Origin: Lophium mytilinum
Lineage: Eukaryota
Direction of reading: 5' to 3'
NCBI GenBank assembly: GCA_010093605.1
Contig: MU004188.1
Location: 189,673-253,672, forward strand
Length of the DNA: 64,000 bases
The first letter of the stretch is position 1. Every line of letters begins with the position of its first letter. The position numbers and the translations under genes were made by a program. The notes under the pieces are model-generated. The model saw only the letters and a program-made list of their open reading frames with translations. It was not told the origin of the DNA and did no database searches. Positions 39,451-51,471 of this stretch are shown one piece after another.

Positions 39451-40770
39451 CTAATTCTTCTTCTCCTGATCTTTGGGAACATCCAGCGAGCCTTTGAGTG
39501 GCCATAAGAAGTCTTCCGCGCGGTCTGTCTTATCCGTCGTAAGATGCTCGACCAAAATCATGAAAGTGTATGCGCCTATGGCGGTCAGGCTGCTTCGATT
39601 AGCGAGGTTGACTCTTATACGTATTGGAAAGATGCAGCGCTTACATGTGCCACCAGCCATGCAACTCCAAGAAAATGCCGAAAGGCAGACCAACTTTGTG
39701 CCGAAAAGATAGGAGCATTGGGCACAGGTGCTGGTCGATGTTCCAGAGTAGGTATCCAATACCAGCATTCGCTAAGGAAGTTAGAAGGTGTGCTAGCGGG
39801 GTGAATGGAAAGCTGAAATTCCAGGTAAGAGGGACTTACCTGCGCCAAAGTTCACAAGCTTCTTCACGCGTTTCTTCTCGTCCAAGTCCGTGATGCGAGT
39901 GTGGACTAGTTGCTTCGTCCTTATTCCAACTAGAACAATCATGATCCCGAAAGTGACAACGTGCACTAATATCTCATCTGCGACGCAGTGATATATTGTA
40001 ACCGCCGTAAGTATTGCAAGGAGACCGAGAGAACGGTTTCGGCGCGAGGTTGGGGCAACGTCAAAAGTAAAAGCGCGGTTGAGAACGAATCCGGTTGCCA
40101 CAAGCATGCTTGTATCGTCGCCTGTAGATACAGACTTAGTTGAGCGAGTCTGGTGAACGATTCTGGATGCAATCACGTGATAATGAGGAACGAAATAAAG
40201 GAGAAACGGCGCTACAGAGGACACAAGAACGCTCTTCAACTACGACCGCTCTTTGAGACTGGAAATTAGGAGATTGAAGGCTTACACATCTGACTGTGGT
40301 ATTTCAAGGTCGCGTGGAAGTATGCTGAAAGGACTCCCACGCCAATGAGACCCCAGTACGGAAAGCCAAGAAACGACAAGGGGCCGTCAGGCTTCCCTCG
40401 GAGGCGACTTAGCCCATGAGCTCCATATATCACTGTATAGAATTAGGACTCGAAGGTAGGAAGGCTTCAGAGAAACCTGACGCATACCATATGAAATGTT
40501 TGTGACAGTATTCACAAATTCAGCAATGTAAGAGGTAACGATGTAATCCTATGCTAAAGTAAGTACACCGCGAATCACACACACGAGAGCCTTTCGTTGG
40601 GTCGGTACCTCTTCGCAAAAACTACACAAACGTTAGAAATTTGCACGCGCGGAAACGCGAAAATCGGAAGCTTCGGATAGTTTTTTTACGAACTTTGCAT
40701 TTGAATTTGGGGCGCCCCAATAGGGGGTTGCTGGCGGCCCAAAATAGGGCTTAGAAAATAACAGTGACAT
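39451..40770 (-). CDS. Alkaline (phyto)ceramidase, YPC1/YDC1 family
   Basis: YWGAPNSNAN|FCEE|DYIVTSYIAEFVNTVTN, VGVLSAYFHATLKY, DDTSML, WLF..SWHGWWHV; includes a 13-nt exon encoding (N)FCEE. Confidence 0.9.
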
Positions 40771-42015
40771 GGCCTGGTCAATTCGGTGTAGGAGGAGGCA
40801 CAAAGGTCCTTTGGTGTCGTGGATTGCGGCGTGTTGATGTTGTATGTACGACACTAGATCGTCATTTGAAAGACCTGAATGTTGAGCTCGGACGTAAATA
40901 GAATCGTACGGTGGCCGGGTCCGGCATCAACCGTGGGATAGGGTTAGCGCCATACGAGGCTTCCATACAAATCTACCACGTGGAAAGAGCGGTCTGCGTG
41001 CTAAGAACTATTGCATAGTCTAATCATTGCAGCAAGAGGTACAGAAGGAAGGATTTGGGTAGGAGCATCATGCATGTTCTCGAGCGGAGGTCCGTGCACA
41101 GAATTGAAGCACAACACGAAAGCCATCGCTAGATTGCAAGAAAAGTGCACTGCAACGATACAAGGCAATTAGGTAATCGCTGAACGTGTTTAAGTGGTCT
41201 CAAGTAGAGGTAAGCGGTCCAGTCTCTAACGATTCACATTATGTCGTTGTGCGTATTCTTAGGAAGACTTGCCATCAGTACGTGCTCTTAACCTTTAATC
41301 CCTCAAGAACATATCTCTCAAGACTCACGCGTTATCTTGGTCCTAAAAAGGATAAAGATGTCAGTAATAGATTTGCTACAATTCTGATGATCGGGAGAAG
41401 TCGCGAACTAAGAAGCTGAGGCTTCCATCACGTGCACCCTTTCAGGTGTCATCTCATCTGAAGACTCCAAGATTCCTTCAACGACACCATCGCTGATCTA
41501 CGAGGATATATTGATCCGCCAATTACAATTACCACATCCCAGGCTTCATTCGACTACCCCCCGACCCAGTAGACACAGGCGCATAGCTGCCACCGGATAA
41601 TCTCCCGACAACGTTCAATTTGTTCTGTTTACCTCGTCTAAAGTTGTCAAGCGTCAATCAAGAATGATGACTAGAATGCTCTATCTAGTGTTGATACCTA
41701 GGTCAAGTGGTATATTAATTACCATACCTCACTTCATGGTGTCGTTCCATTTTCTGCAGCACGATAGATCTTTTCCTATACAACTAGGTAGTGTGAGAGG
41801 CCCACTTAATGCCCCACACACTGGAGTGGCTCGTTGTGTATGTACAATGGTAGACCATAGAGTTGTCTACACAGCCCACGTTTCCGCCCTGCTCATCTCA
41901 TCGCGTACGGTAACCCTATGCCCCCTACTGACATGCCCTTGTTTCTCCTATCGTCCGAAGACTTCTCTCCTGATCGTTGTCCACCACCCCCTACCCCAAC
42001 GCCCTCCACCCCACC

Positions 42016-43590
42016 CTACCTCCCCACCGACGACTTCCTCGAAAATAAGCTCCACCTCGACCTCGCCGCCCTCGGCGACGGCGGCGCCCCCTCCCTCTCC
42101 TCCCTCAACCCCCTCTCAAACCTTTCCAACCGCTCCTCCCTCCCCACATCCACCCCCTCCTTCTCCCTCTGAATCCTCCTCAACGTCTCCTGCGCATTCG
42201 ACACCGTCCGCTGCCGCTGCAACACCACCCTCTGCAGCCGCAACCCCACCCGCACCTCCCCGACCGCCTCGTCCAGAAACACCCGCTGCACCACCTCCAT
42301 CGCCGAGCACACGCGCGGAATATCCTCCGAGATCTGGAAGAAGTCGCACTCGGCGTGCGGGTCCGCGCCGGCAGCCAGCAGCAGCTCGGCGATGGCGCTG
42401 GCGCGCGCCGTGTGCGCTTTCGCGGTAGTAGTGCTGGTTTGGTGGGAGTTTTCCATGAGGTAGCGGAGGAAGGTCTGCCAGGGGGAGGAGGCGGCGAAGG
42501 GGGCGTTTGGGTCGGCGCCGTTAGCAAGAAGGAGCTCGATGAGGGCAGGGTCGGCGAGGGGCGCGCCGGGGACGGGGAGGAAGGCGTAGGAGAGGAGGGG
42601 GCGGCCGGGTTTCTGGGCCAGGGCGGCGGGGCCCAGCGCGTGCAGTTTGGCGGCGGCGTAGTGGTGGAGGTTGTGGCGGATGGCGAGGGCGAGGAAGTTG
42701 TCGCGCCAGCGGAGGGAGCGCTGGAAGTCGGTGGGCCAGAATTCGGACCAATGGGAGTCGGGGAAGAGGGGGCGGCCGTTGTAGCGGGGTTGGGGCTTTT
42801 CTTGGACTCGCTGGCGGAAGTGGGAGGATACGGAGGCGTCGAGGGCGTCGAGGAGGGTGGTTTGCGCTCGGCCTAGTTTCTGCTCTGCGTAGGCGGCGTA
42901 GCGGAGCGTTGATAGGATTAGGTCCCATGGGCATCCTACTTCCCTGCGGCCAGCGGGAGAGGTCCAGGTCTTTATTTGGAGGACTAGTGATTTGAGGACT
43001 GCGCTCTCTACTGCAAAGCCCTCGTCTGTGTTCTTCTTCAAAATCTCGGGCCAGACTTCTGGCTTGGTCAGAAACTGGAGAACAGTCTCGTGCGCATATT
43101 GGATCCCTCGATTCTCGCAGTTGACGCTCTCAGGAGTACCTACATCATGACTATCTTTCTTGGTCAAGGTGAGATCCTCACTGCAAAACTCAAGGAGACC
43201 ACCGCAGCAGTTTTCTAGCCAGCGTTCGACCATGTCCCGCCTCTCACAGATTTCGCTTGCTGATAATGGTTCATTTGAAGCAACGAGATGGTGGCCTTGA
43301 TCGTCCTCGAATGCGAACGCAAGATTCGTTGAGCAGATATTTGGGAAGTATTCGCGCAACAGATCTTGTTCCTTCTGGTACGACTGCCAATGCTGGAACA
43401 CTTGGAAGATTTGGGAGCCTTGACAGCTGAGACGTGGTCCAACTTTGCCTAGGACATGCGCGTAGAGAGCATGTAGGTCGATTGGCTGTTCCGGGAGCTT
43501 GCTTTTGGAGTTTTCAGACGGTTGATCGTGACTTTCGAGTCCCTGAAGGGAAGCGGAGTTCACGACATCTTCTACAGCTGTCGACTTCAT
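42016..43590 (-). CDS. NLR-like protein: post-NACHT helical/winged-helix region plus ankyrin-like C-terminus; NACHT core not seen
   Basis: PIDLHALYAHVL...SQIFQVF, WLENCCGGLLEF, IQYAHETVLQFL, LLDALD, NFLALAIRHNL, KPGRPLLSYA, LLLANGADPN, SPWQTFL. A possible upstream acceptor at about 43637 leaves the 5' end unresolved. Confidence 0.7.
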   Translation of the reverse strand: MKSTAVEDVVNSASLQGLESHDQPSENSKSKLPEQPIDLHALYAHVLGKVGPRLSCQGSQIFQVFQHWQSYQKEQDLLREYFPNICSTNLAFAFEDDQGHHLVASNEPLSASEICERRDMVERWLENCCGGLLEFCSEDLTLTKKDSHDVGTPESVNCENRGIQYAHETVLQFLTKPEVWPEILKKNTDEGFAVESAVLKSLVLQIKTWTSPAGRREVGCPWDLILSTLRYAAYAEQKLGRAQTTLLDALDASVSSHFRQRVQEKPQPRYNGRPLFPDSHWSEFWPTDFQRSLRWRDNFLALAIRHNLHHYAAAKLHALGPAALAQKPGRPLLSYAFLPVPGAPLADPALIELLLANGADPNAPFAASSPWQTFLRYLMENSHQTSTTTAKAHTARASAIAELLLAAGADPHAECDFFQISEDIPRVCSAMEVVQRVFLDEAVGEVRVGLRLQRVVLQRQRTVSNAQETLRRIQREKEGVDVGREERLERFERGLREEREGAPPSPRAARSRWSLFSRKSSVGR

Positions 43591-44359
43591 CGAGTAAACT
43601 GAGCCCTTGACTGATAGGTTGCGCCAACGAGAGTAGCTAAAGCAGTGGTTTCCGTGGCAGAGGTGCGGACGTCAAGTCCTTAGATCCCCGAGGCCTTCGA
43701 GAAGTGGGACCGGCTAGATGTGCCGGCATCCCAGAACCTACAGACAAAAAAGAACGGACGTTTACAGTACTTCGGTAGCTACTGCAGAAGGAAAGAGACA
43801 CAGGGAAAGGCTGTTGATTCGAATACAAGAAGTTGAGGATTACGGTGGCCTGATCATGGAAAACATGGCGGAGCAGACACGCAGCCATCGATGCCCAACA
43901 GTGGCGCCAATCTCTCAGCAGGTGGACGATCAGGGATTGCCTCGTGATAGGTCTGGTGGGTCTGACGCAATGATTGGCATCTGAGGCAGATCCTTATTCG
44001 AGAAGGAAACGTATTTGTTTCATGAGGAAGCGTAAGTCGGTCAGGGCACCGCCTAGAGTTCCGGGCAGTGTTTTGGCACGGTAGTGTAGCGACGAAGGCA
44101 TGTTATTGAAGTGCATTGGAATACTTTTGCAAATATAATGGGGGTCTTACAAGAGAGTGGAGAGTTGAAGTCCGTGAAAATGCGAGGATCTCTGCGCTCG
44201 GACCACCATCACGAAAATAGATTTACGGGCCGTAGACTACAGGGCATATAAGTATAGTACATACCGGAGGTTGCTGTGTGGTGTAAAACGTAGCACCTAT
44301 TCTATAGGAACCTGGTACTCTAGTTCCTGGTTATTTTGAAAGAAAAATCAAAAAGAAAA

Positions 44360-44380
44360 CGTTCGCAGCAGGATTCGAAC
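44360..44380 (-). other. Possible tRNA 3'-end remnant (T-loop/B-box, acceptor 3' strand, oligo-T)
   Basis: Minus strand reads GTTCGAATCCTGCTGCGAACG followed by TTTTCTTTTT. The 5' arm of the T-stem and the A-box are missing, so this is not an intact tRNA. Confidence 0.4.
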
Positions 44381-45784
44381 TCAAAAACAAAAACTTCGAA
44401 GAAGGGAAGCCACTCGCAAGCTTACTAGTCAACAACGGCCACCGAAAGCAGTAAGATGACATTGTCTAGTTACCACACGACCATTGGAGCTTTTCAGAGA
44501 TTGAGCGTTTGGTGCGAACCTCGCTTGGAAGATGGAATACTACCAGAATATTCTAGTATATAAGGTCTTAAAAATGGTTTACTCTCACAGTTTAAGTTAT
44601 CACAGGTTATGCCGAGATCATGGCTCACTGCATAACGCATAAGTTCCCCATGTTAACTTTATCAAGTATCCATGCTATGCAGCAGTTTGATAAAATCCTA
44701 AACTAAGGTGTTGCAGTTGCAATACCACGTGACCTAGGTGTCAACACTAGAACAAGCATCCAACGTACCGCATAGCGAGGCAATGAAGGAGCCTGTACAT
44801 TCGGCATCAAGAAGAGAGGACCAACAGAGTCTGCTTGGAGACTTCTTTTGATGTGACTAACGCAACGACACCTCACCCACGCACCACAAGAAAGACGGGG
44901 GCAATCCAGCATCATCGCGATTCAACAGCGTCCAAGCGCGGATCTATCTACAAAGGTACCCCCGCTCATCCCCACGAGCGATATCCCCTCCACTCCACCC
45001 TCGCGTCTACAGTCGTCTCATCCTCGTATATACACCCCTCCTCCTATTTCCCACCCTCATCCAAAAAAACCACCCCAAGTCCATCAAGTCAAAAGTGCGG
45101 CCCCTCTTCAGAACAAGAAAAAAGCCCAGCCCCGTCTCTACCTATTACGTGTGGATAGAGAGGAGGAACCGAGCGGGTATAGAACAGCATCTACACATTC
45201 TCCGCCGTGACAGAAAGAAAAAAGGACAAGGACGAGAAAAAGGTAAGCGTAGATGCGTTGTGGGAGAACAGGGAAAAAAGATGTGAACCATCGGCTGGGT
45301 GTAGAGCGTTGCGTGTTTCGTGAACACAAGAGGAGTAAATTCGAATTGGTCGGGTTTCTCGGAGTGTGAGCGAGAAGACGCCAAAGGTGTTTTGTGACGA
45401 GGTCTGCAGAGTTGTTTGATTTGGTAGTAGGTAGTAGGCAACTCAGTGGTTCGCTCGGTGCGTGGGCTGGGTATGTAGATGTAATATTTCGGATTAAGAA
45501 TTACGATGTTACTCGATTAAGCGCTGGGTCAGCTGGGTTTCTTTCGCGTTTGATGCAAATGCAAGGACCGCTCGCTCCACTCAATCCAAATTCGGGTTGC
45601 GTAGTCTTTCTTTCCTCTTTCCAAAAAAAAAGCAGTAGCGCCTTGCTGAACGCCTCCAGAAAACAAATAGAGGGATGAAGAAAACGGCTTGCTTTCAGTC
45701 CGCGTAATCGCCATCATCGTGCCGGCATAAATATCGGAACCTTGGGTTCTTCGAAAGAAATCAGTCGTCTAAGGGTGATGGTAT

Positions 45785-47736
45785 TTACGGACTCGGCTGC
45801 GGTGGCGGTCCATTCGCGCCCCCAGAGTCACTAGTATCCCCCTCAATCGTCTTCCTCCAGTGCTGCGGTAGACACACGCAGACAAGCGGGAATGCCTTGA
45901 TCTCGCTCTCGCCCGCAACACCGCTCCTTCTGCTGCCATTGCTGACGCCCGAATCGCGCTGGACAGTGCGCCGCGCCTCCCACTGCTCCGCGTTTTCGGT
46001 GAGCTTGACGCCCGTCGCCCACCCGTCGTCCCAGATGCCGACGACCTTCAGCATGTCTCCGCGCTCAAGCTCGAACTCATCGTTGGCACGGGGTGCGTAG
46101 GCCCAGAGAGTCGCGACAGTGTCATTGGGCCGGATCTCATCTTGAGAGTAGTAGTCTTTGAAGAATTGGAGCTGTTCGGATTGGCCGGAGGTGGGGCCTT
46201 CCGGGCTTGAGAACTGGTCGCCGCCCGAGTTAGGGGAAGAGTGGGCGTTGCTGGCGCTGAGGGCGGAGTGGCTGGAGAGAGAGCCGTCGCGTTTAGAGAT
46301 GTGACCTGCGGCAAGGCTGCGGTTTGAATCTGGGGACTGGTTGTAGCTGTCTGGAGAGGGTTGGCGTTCCTGGCGGAAGGCTCCAATGCCTGCAACAGCC
46401 GCGCCACCGCTGTGGTTACCGGATGAGCTTGATGTTCCCTCAAGCGCGGACATGCGAGCGACGCGTCCGCCAGGGACGATTGAAGGCGGCGGGGCATGGG
46501 GGCCGTCGGTGTTGTAGGTCATTGGAGGTCCGGCAGCGGCTCGTGAGGGCGAAGGCTGATTGAAGACACTGCCAGCTTGACTGTCCTGCCTCTTGCGGAG
46601 GCGGGTGCAGAAGAAAATAACCGCAGCGAGGATCAATGCAGCACCGAGTATCGATCCAATGACAATGCCTGCAATAGCACCTCCTGAGAGGCCATGGGAG
46701 TTACCGCCAGCAGCTGCTGCCGCAGTCGTGCCGGTTGGGCTGGAGGTCGCAGTGGAGGTCCCGGTAAACAGAGGAGGCATCGACGTTGTCGATGGTAGAT
46801 GGACGCCTACGCAGCGCGAATTGACGTTCGAGTTAACACAGCACGAATCTGTAGAGTTTGGCGAGCTGGCTGAACAGTACGAGCATAAGCCCTGCAAGTT
46901 TGACTGATATCCGCAGTCCAGGGGTTCGTTTGCAGCAGCATTAATGCAATCTTTGGTTAGCGATCCTTGGGGAAGAGAGCAGACGGTGAAGTCAGATCGG
47001 ATCTGGTCCACCGCGTTCTTGCCAGCGGTTCCGCAAATCTCGGGACTTGCTATTATCTCCTGTTCACTGGTAGCGAATTGCGCCTGAGGAACTGTTAGCG
47101 ACACGGATTAGTTGGTGTGGTCATTTTATAGACTTACGCAGTTGTCCGCACACAGTGCTATCGAGTCGGTTGCTAATAAACTACACGGTGTTATCGAGAG
47201 CTGGACGATGGCGTTGCAGATGACCGTCGTCGTATATCGTGCGTAGAGGTCTGTGGTATTGGTCAAATTTACAGACGAGCAGCCCAGGTTATCTCGATAT
47301 CTGTAGCCGCGGTTAGCATCTCTTGCGTATCATGTACCACCTAGTGCGTCAACATACTTTTGCTGCGAATACTCGGTGGAGATGTATGTCCGTAACCGAT
47401 CGTCAAAGGACTGGGTATCTGATACGAAAGAGAGGAAAGAACTAGGTGGCGAGTATTAGCTTTTGACCTGCATACACAGCCCAGCTCAGGGTCCACGTAC
47501 AAGTGATCGGTCAAAGCCTTGGTGGTAGAAACCGAGGAAGTATTAAAAGCGGGACACATAGTGGAACCGGCGAGAGAAATGCACTCCTGAGCCATAGCAA
47601 CAGGCGCGGTGAGGAGGGATAGGACGAAGGCTGATTTCCTGAAGGATGATTGCTTTTGTCGTCGGGCTTGTCTCCTAGGTTCAAGGCAGCTGGCTGGCGA
47701 CGGCGAGGCCCTGCCGTGCTCTCTTGATGCGTCCAT
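45785..47736 (-). CDS. Type I membrane protein with Cys-rich ectodomain and cytoplasmic SH3 domain
   Basis: Signal-like segment, CISLAGSTMCPAF...ARYTTTVICN...LCADNC...CC, TM segment GLSGGAIAGIVIGSILGAALILAAVIFFC, SH3 (LWAYAPRANDEFELERGDMLKVVGIWDDGWATG...AFPLVCV); 3 introns. Confidence 0.88.
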
Positions 47737-49812
47737 GGTGTTTGCGCGGTGTCGTGGATACGATACAGGTATAATTGGGCGTCGGGTGGGCGTGGTGTTG
47801 AGGTTCGCGAGCTGGGGCTTCTTTCACAACAACCGTCTTCTCACGTCTCCATCCGACCCGAGACACGTCCAGCAGACTGATAAGAGGGCTGTCGCGGCGA
47901 CGGCAGGCAGGACGGGGCGCTGCGGGTCACGGGCAGCAGTTGGTCGTCAATTGAAAGAGCGACTGGGTGAGGGGCGACGCTGCTGGGTCCGAGATGGGCG
48001 ACGAGAAAGGGACGAAGACACGGCGGCCGCAGAGAGACGAGCAGCGAGAGACGAGAGACAGACGAGACAGCCCCGGTCCGACTCAGGGCACAAACGGGCG
48101 CGTCGTGAACATCCCGGGTGTCCAAGCCGTCGAACCCCAGCAGCTGCAGCATGAGACAAATGAGAGAGCGTCCTGCAGCGCCACTTTTCCTCCATCCACG
48201 GCGTCTATTGGATGCAGAGCCGTGATCCCAGGCGATGCTCATTCAGGAACAGCTCACGGGAAATTGGACGCGCAGTCGGGCCGGCCGCCAATTCTCTTCG
48301 GCAGCCTGTCGTGCCTGTCGCTGCCCGTTGCTCTGCTCAAACACTGTGATCATCGGCGTCCGCGCGCGTTTGAGCTGGGCACTCCCGGGGCGACAGCGCG
48401 GAGCCGTAGCCGTGCAGGATCATCGCCGTCGGTTGGGACAGCTGCCGCAGAGCGAATGCCTTGTGGCCTCAACACCACAGAGAGCAGCGAGCGAGAAAAT
48501 ACACCAAGCCTAGTGCTGCAGCTGCAGGAGCCCAGCGCTTGCATGATTCGGTAGCACAAGCGAATGATGCATGCGAGCTGCTGTTTTGGGCCGCCGAGTG
48601 CATAAAGCCTAGCCTGGTGCACAACTCCATGCATGTCTATCGTCAAATCTTAAAGCGAGACAGGGCCCGGCCGCATGTCTCGAGATGCCGGGTGATGCTG
48701 CTGGGCTTGCTTTCGCTGTTACAGTTGTCTCTTCACGTGAGCGTTGTATCGCAGATATGTCTAGGTAGGCAATTCGCAGCCATGCCGTTGAGACATCGCC
48801 CATCTCCCTCATCGTCAAAACCTTCATCCTCCGCCGTCGCATTCGCTTATTGTTGGTCCGTTCACGCTGTTTTTAGACTCCATCCGCGGCTTGAAGCTTA
48901 CCAAAGCACGGCTCTCATATGGGTATGGCAGGATAGCCTGGCAATTCTTCGCCCGCTCGGGCCTCACTACTCAACATCACTCTTTGAGTGAGAAGCACTG
49001 GTTTATAGGCATGCTCGAGGCATAACCATTGTCATTTTTCGCACCTTGATATTGACTTGCATATCGCGCCTAGGACGCTGCTCCCACCGTCCCCAATGCT
49101 GCTTACGCTCAACCCGAAGGGAGAACTTAGCCACGAAAGGGCCGGCTACAAGAGTCTACATAAAGGAGAAGGGAGGAAAGTCTGCCTGCCACGTCCTGGC
49201 GTCTGTTGCCCTTATCCTCCCGCTCATAAAGCCACACAGATGCCCACCCATTGAACCGCAAAAAGGAAAAGGCGAAATGAAAGTAGTGTCGGGAAGAAAA
49301 TCATGGTACAGAGGGAAGATGGGCAGGGTGTATTAAAGACCAGGGAAACAAAACCAGTGTCGAGTATAGGGAAAGAAAAAGGTCAAAGTATTAGGGGTAG
49401 GTGCACAGTATCGTGGAAGGAAGACAGCTTTTAGAAGGAAAGAAAACAAGTACAGGCAAGGTGAGTAAGCCGTGACCGCAGCCCAAGGCATAGGTTTTAT
49501 AGTGTTTGGAACCCAGCCATTGTCACTCCGATCCTGAACTTGCTACTCAAAACATTGAGCTTCTACCCAGAAGGGTGTCGTGCTACTCAAGACCCCAAGA
49601 CTGCTAACCATGAGGACCAAAAGGGCTCATAGCATCGTATACTACTCCTCATGACCGAAAGCGATTGTAGCTCGAGCCGCTGATGGTATGATTCCGTTTC
49701 GAACTGGTCGAGCACTGTGAGCGTAGCTTGATCGATTGATTGTGCGATGTAGCAAGGTGGTGTAAGTCTGCCGTCTTGATTGGTAGCTTCGCGCACATTG
49801 TCTCAAACGCTC

Positions 49813-51471
49813 CTACACCTCTTCGTACCAGACCACATTGCCGGCACAATCCCTCCTGTAGAAGGAGACTTTCGTCCGGGCATTGAAAGCGATTCCGGGA
49901 ATCGCATTGGCGATGTTCTGCATGACTTGAGTCCCTATGGTGGCCGGCTTGGCAGCGCCGTCCTGGAGCCTATGGACCCAATCGCAGACAATAGAAGTAC
50001 CCTCGCAGCCGTAGAGCCGGCCGGATGGCACAAGCTTGACGTTAAGTCCCATGCGGTTGGCAACCGCAAGAAACCATTTCAACTTTGGGTACTCCGCAGG
50101 GTTCTCGAACCAGTCAGGAACTGGTACCTGGAGCACGAGCTTCGTATTGCTATGGAAAGTCCTGGACAGCATGCGCATGGAGAGGAACATGCTGGCGTCC
50201 CAGGATACATCCAAGAAGCGCAGAGTGGGCGCGTTGTTGATATGCCTGAGGGCAGTGAAGACCTCTGTGAGCACTCTATCACGCTTGCCCCGACTGTCCG
50301 GGCAGAAGTGGGCGCGGAACTGGGCCTTGCGCACCAGGGCAAAGAGGCCTCGGGCTTCCAGAGCTTGGAAGTATTGGAAGGTGTCCTGTCCGCCGGAGAA
50401 GGTATTCACGCCATAGAAAATAGTAAGACTCTCTTCCCGAACCTGCTTGCTAGTCCGAGTGATGGCCAAGTGCTGTGATATCTGATTGTGCGCATCTTCA
50501 GCTCCATGCTTGCCATCGTGGTGGAACTTCCAGGTCATGGGACCTCCGCTCTTGTGAGCATCACATGCGTGTGGGCGGATTGGCTCATCAAACTCAAGGG
50601 CGAACTCGTATATTCGAACTCGCAACTCTGCGGGGAGCTCCATGAACTTTGGGAAAGTGCGCGATTGGACTGGTAGGCCTAACTTTGGGAAAAAGCGCGG
50701 TTGGACTTGTGGACCTTGTGGACGCGCAGGATTGTGGGTTAGCTTGGCTTGGCGCACAAGTATAGTATGAAGAACAACATCGAGCTGTCGGGCGGTTGTT
50801 TCGACCGTGCGCGACACTTTCAGAATGTCGAACTCATCGATGTCATTGTCGAGATCATCGGAGTCATTGTCGAGACCATCGGAGTTATTGTTAAGACCAT
50901 CAGAATTACTGACAGGATGGCGGCGGCCTTCGTCAAGAAGGCGGGCTTGCTCAAGACGGTGGACTGGGTCGACAATATCGATGATGGACGGAGTGCTATC
51001 CGCGTCGTAGATATTTGAGTCGGTATCGGCTCGAAGCTGGCTCTCTGGGGAAGGAGTCATCGCATCGACGCGTTGGAGCCAAGCGATGGAGCTCCGTAGA
51101 GAGTCCAAGCCGTCGAGGTCCAGCAGGTTCTCCACAGTGTCGGTGACGGTACCAGAGCCTGTGGCGTTGTCTGACATTCTACCTTTACCTTTGCTGCTTG
51201 ACTCGTTCTGCAGCACCTTGAGTGTCTGATCCAGCTCATGCTTGCCCATTCGCTCGATGATGACGTCCATGTTCTCGACGAGGAACGTCATGTCGTCGGT
51301 GTTTCCGGTATTGCTCGTGTACAACGTCTGTCGCGCGCGCTTGCTGTCCCGCGGAGATTCGGCTGTATGACCTTGGTCAGAAGAACTCGCATTATGCCCC
51401 CTTTTGCGTTTGGGGTATTTGGGGCCATTTGAGCCCTTAGGGCGCGTAGTAGAAAAACGAGCTGGAGCCAT
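49813..51471 (-). CDS. Hypothetical protein with an F-box-like/2EXR-like motif
   Basis: 552-aa intronless ORF with FPKFMELPAELRVRIYEFAL...AITRTSKQVREESLTIFYGVNTF; internal 21-nt repeat at about 50834-50910. Confidence 0.75.
   Translation of the reverse strand: MAPARFSTTRPKGSNGPKYPKRKRGHNASSSDQGHTAESPRDSKRARQTLYTSNTGNTDDMTFLVENMDVIIERMGKHELDQTLKVLQNESSSKGKGRMSDNATGSGTVTDTVENLLDLDGLDSLRSSIAWLQRVDAMTPSPESQLRADTDSNIYDADSTPSIIDIVDPVHRLEQARLLDEGRRHPVSNSDGLNNNSDGLDNDSDDLDNDIDEFDILKVSRTVETTARQLDVVLHTILVRQAKLTHNPARPQGPQVQPRFFPKLGLPVQSRTFPKFMELPAELRVRIYEFALEFDEPIRPHACDAHKSGGPMTWKFHHDGKHGAEDAHNQISQHLAITRTSKQVREESLTIFYGVNTFSGGQDTFQYFQALEARGLFALVRKAQFRAHFCPDSRGKRDRVLTEVFTALRHINNAPTLRFLDVSWDASMFLSMRMLSRTFHSNTKLVLQVPVPDWFENPAEYPKLKWFLAVANRMGLNVKLVPSGRLYGCEGTSIVCDWVHRLQDGAAKPATIGTQVMQNIANAIPGIAFNARTKVSFYRRDCAGNVVWYEEV

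Noticed and set aside
41385..41420. C/D box snoRNA (TGATGA...CTGA)
   Set aside because: Only about 35 nt between the boxes and no terminal stem; too short.
41664..42934. Long Pro/Gly-rich ORFs overlapping the NLR-like gene (likewise those over ACL4, GIR2, SCAP and PRMT5)
   Set aside because: Shadow frames produced by GC-rich, skewed codon usage of the real gene.
47609..49336. Several ORFs of up to about 195 aa upstream of the SH3 gene
   Set aside because: Low-complexity GC/GA-rich UTR or promoter sequence with no domain motifs or splice structure.
50834..50910. 21-nt coding repeat (SDGLNNN/SDGLDND/SDDLDND)
   Set aside because: Real, but an ordinary low-complexity expansion in a disordered linker.
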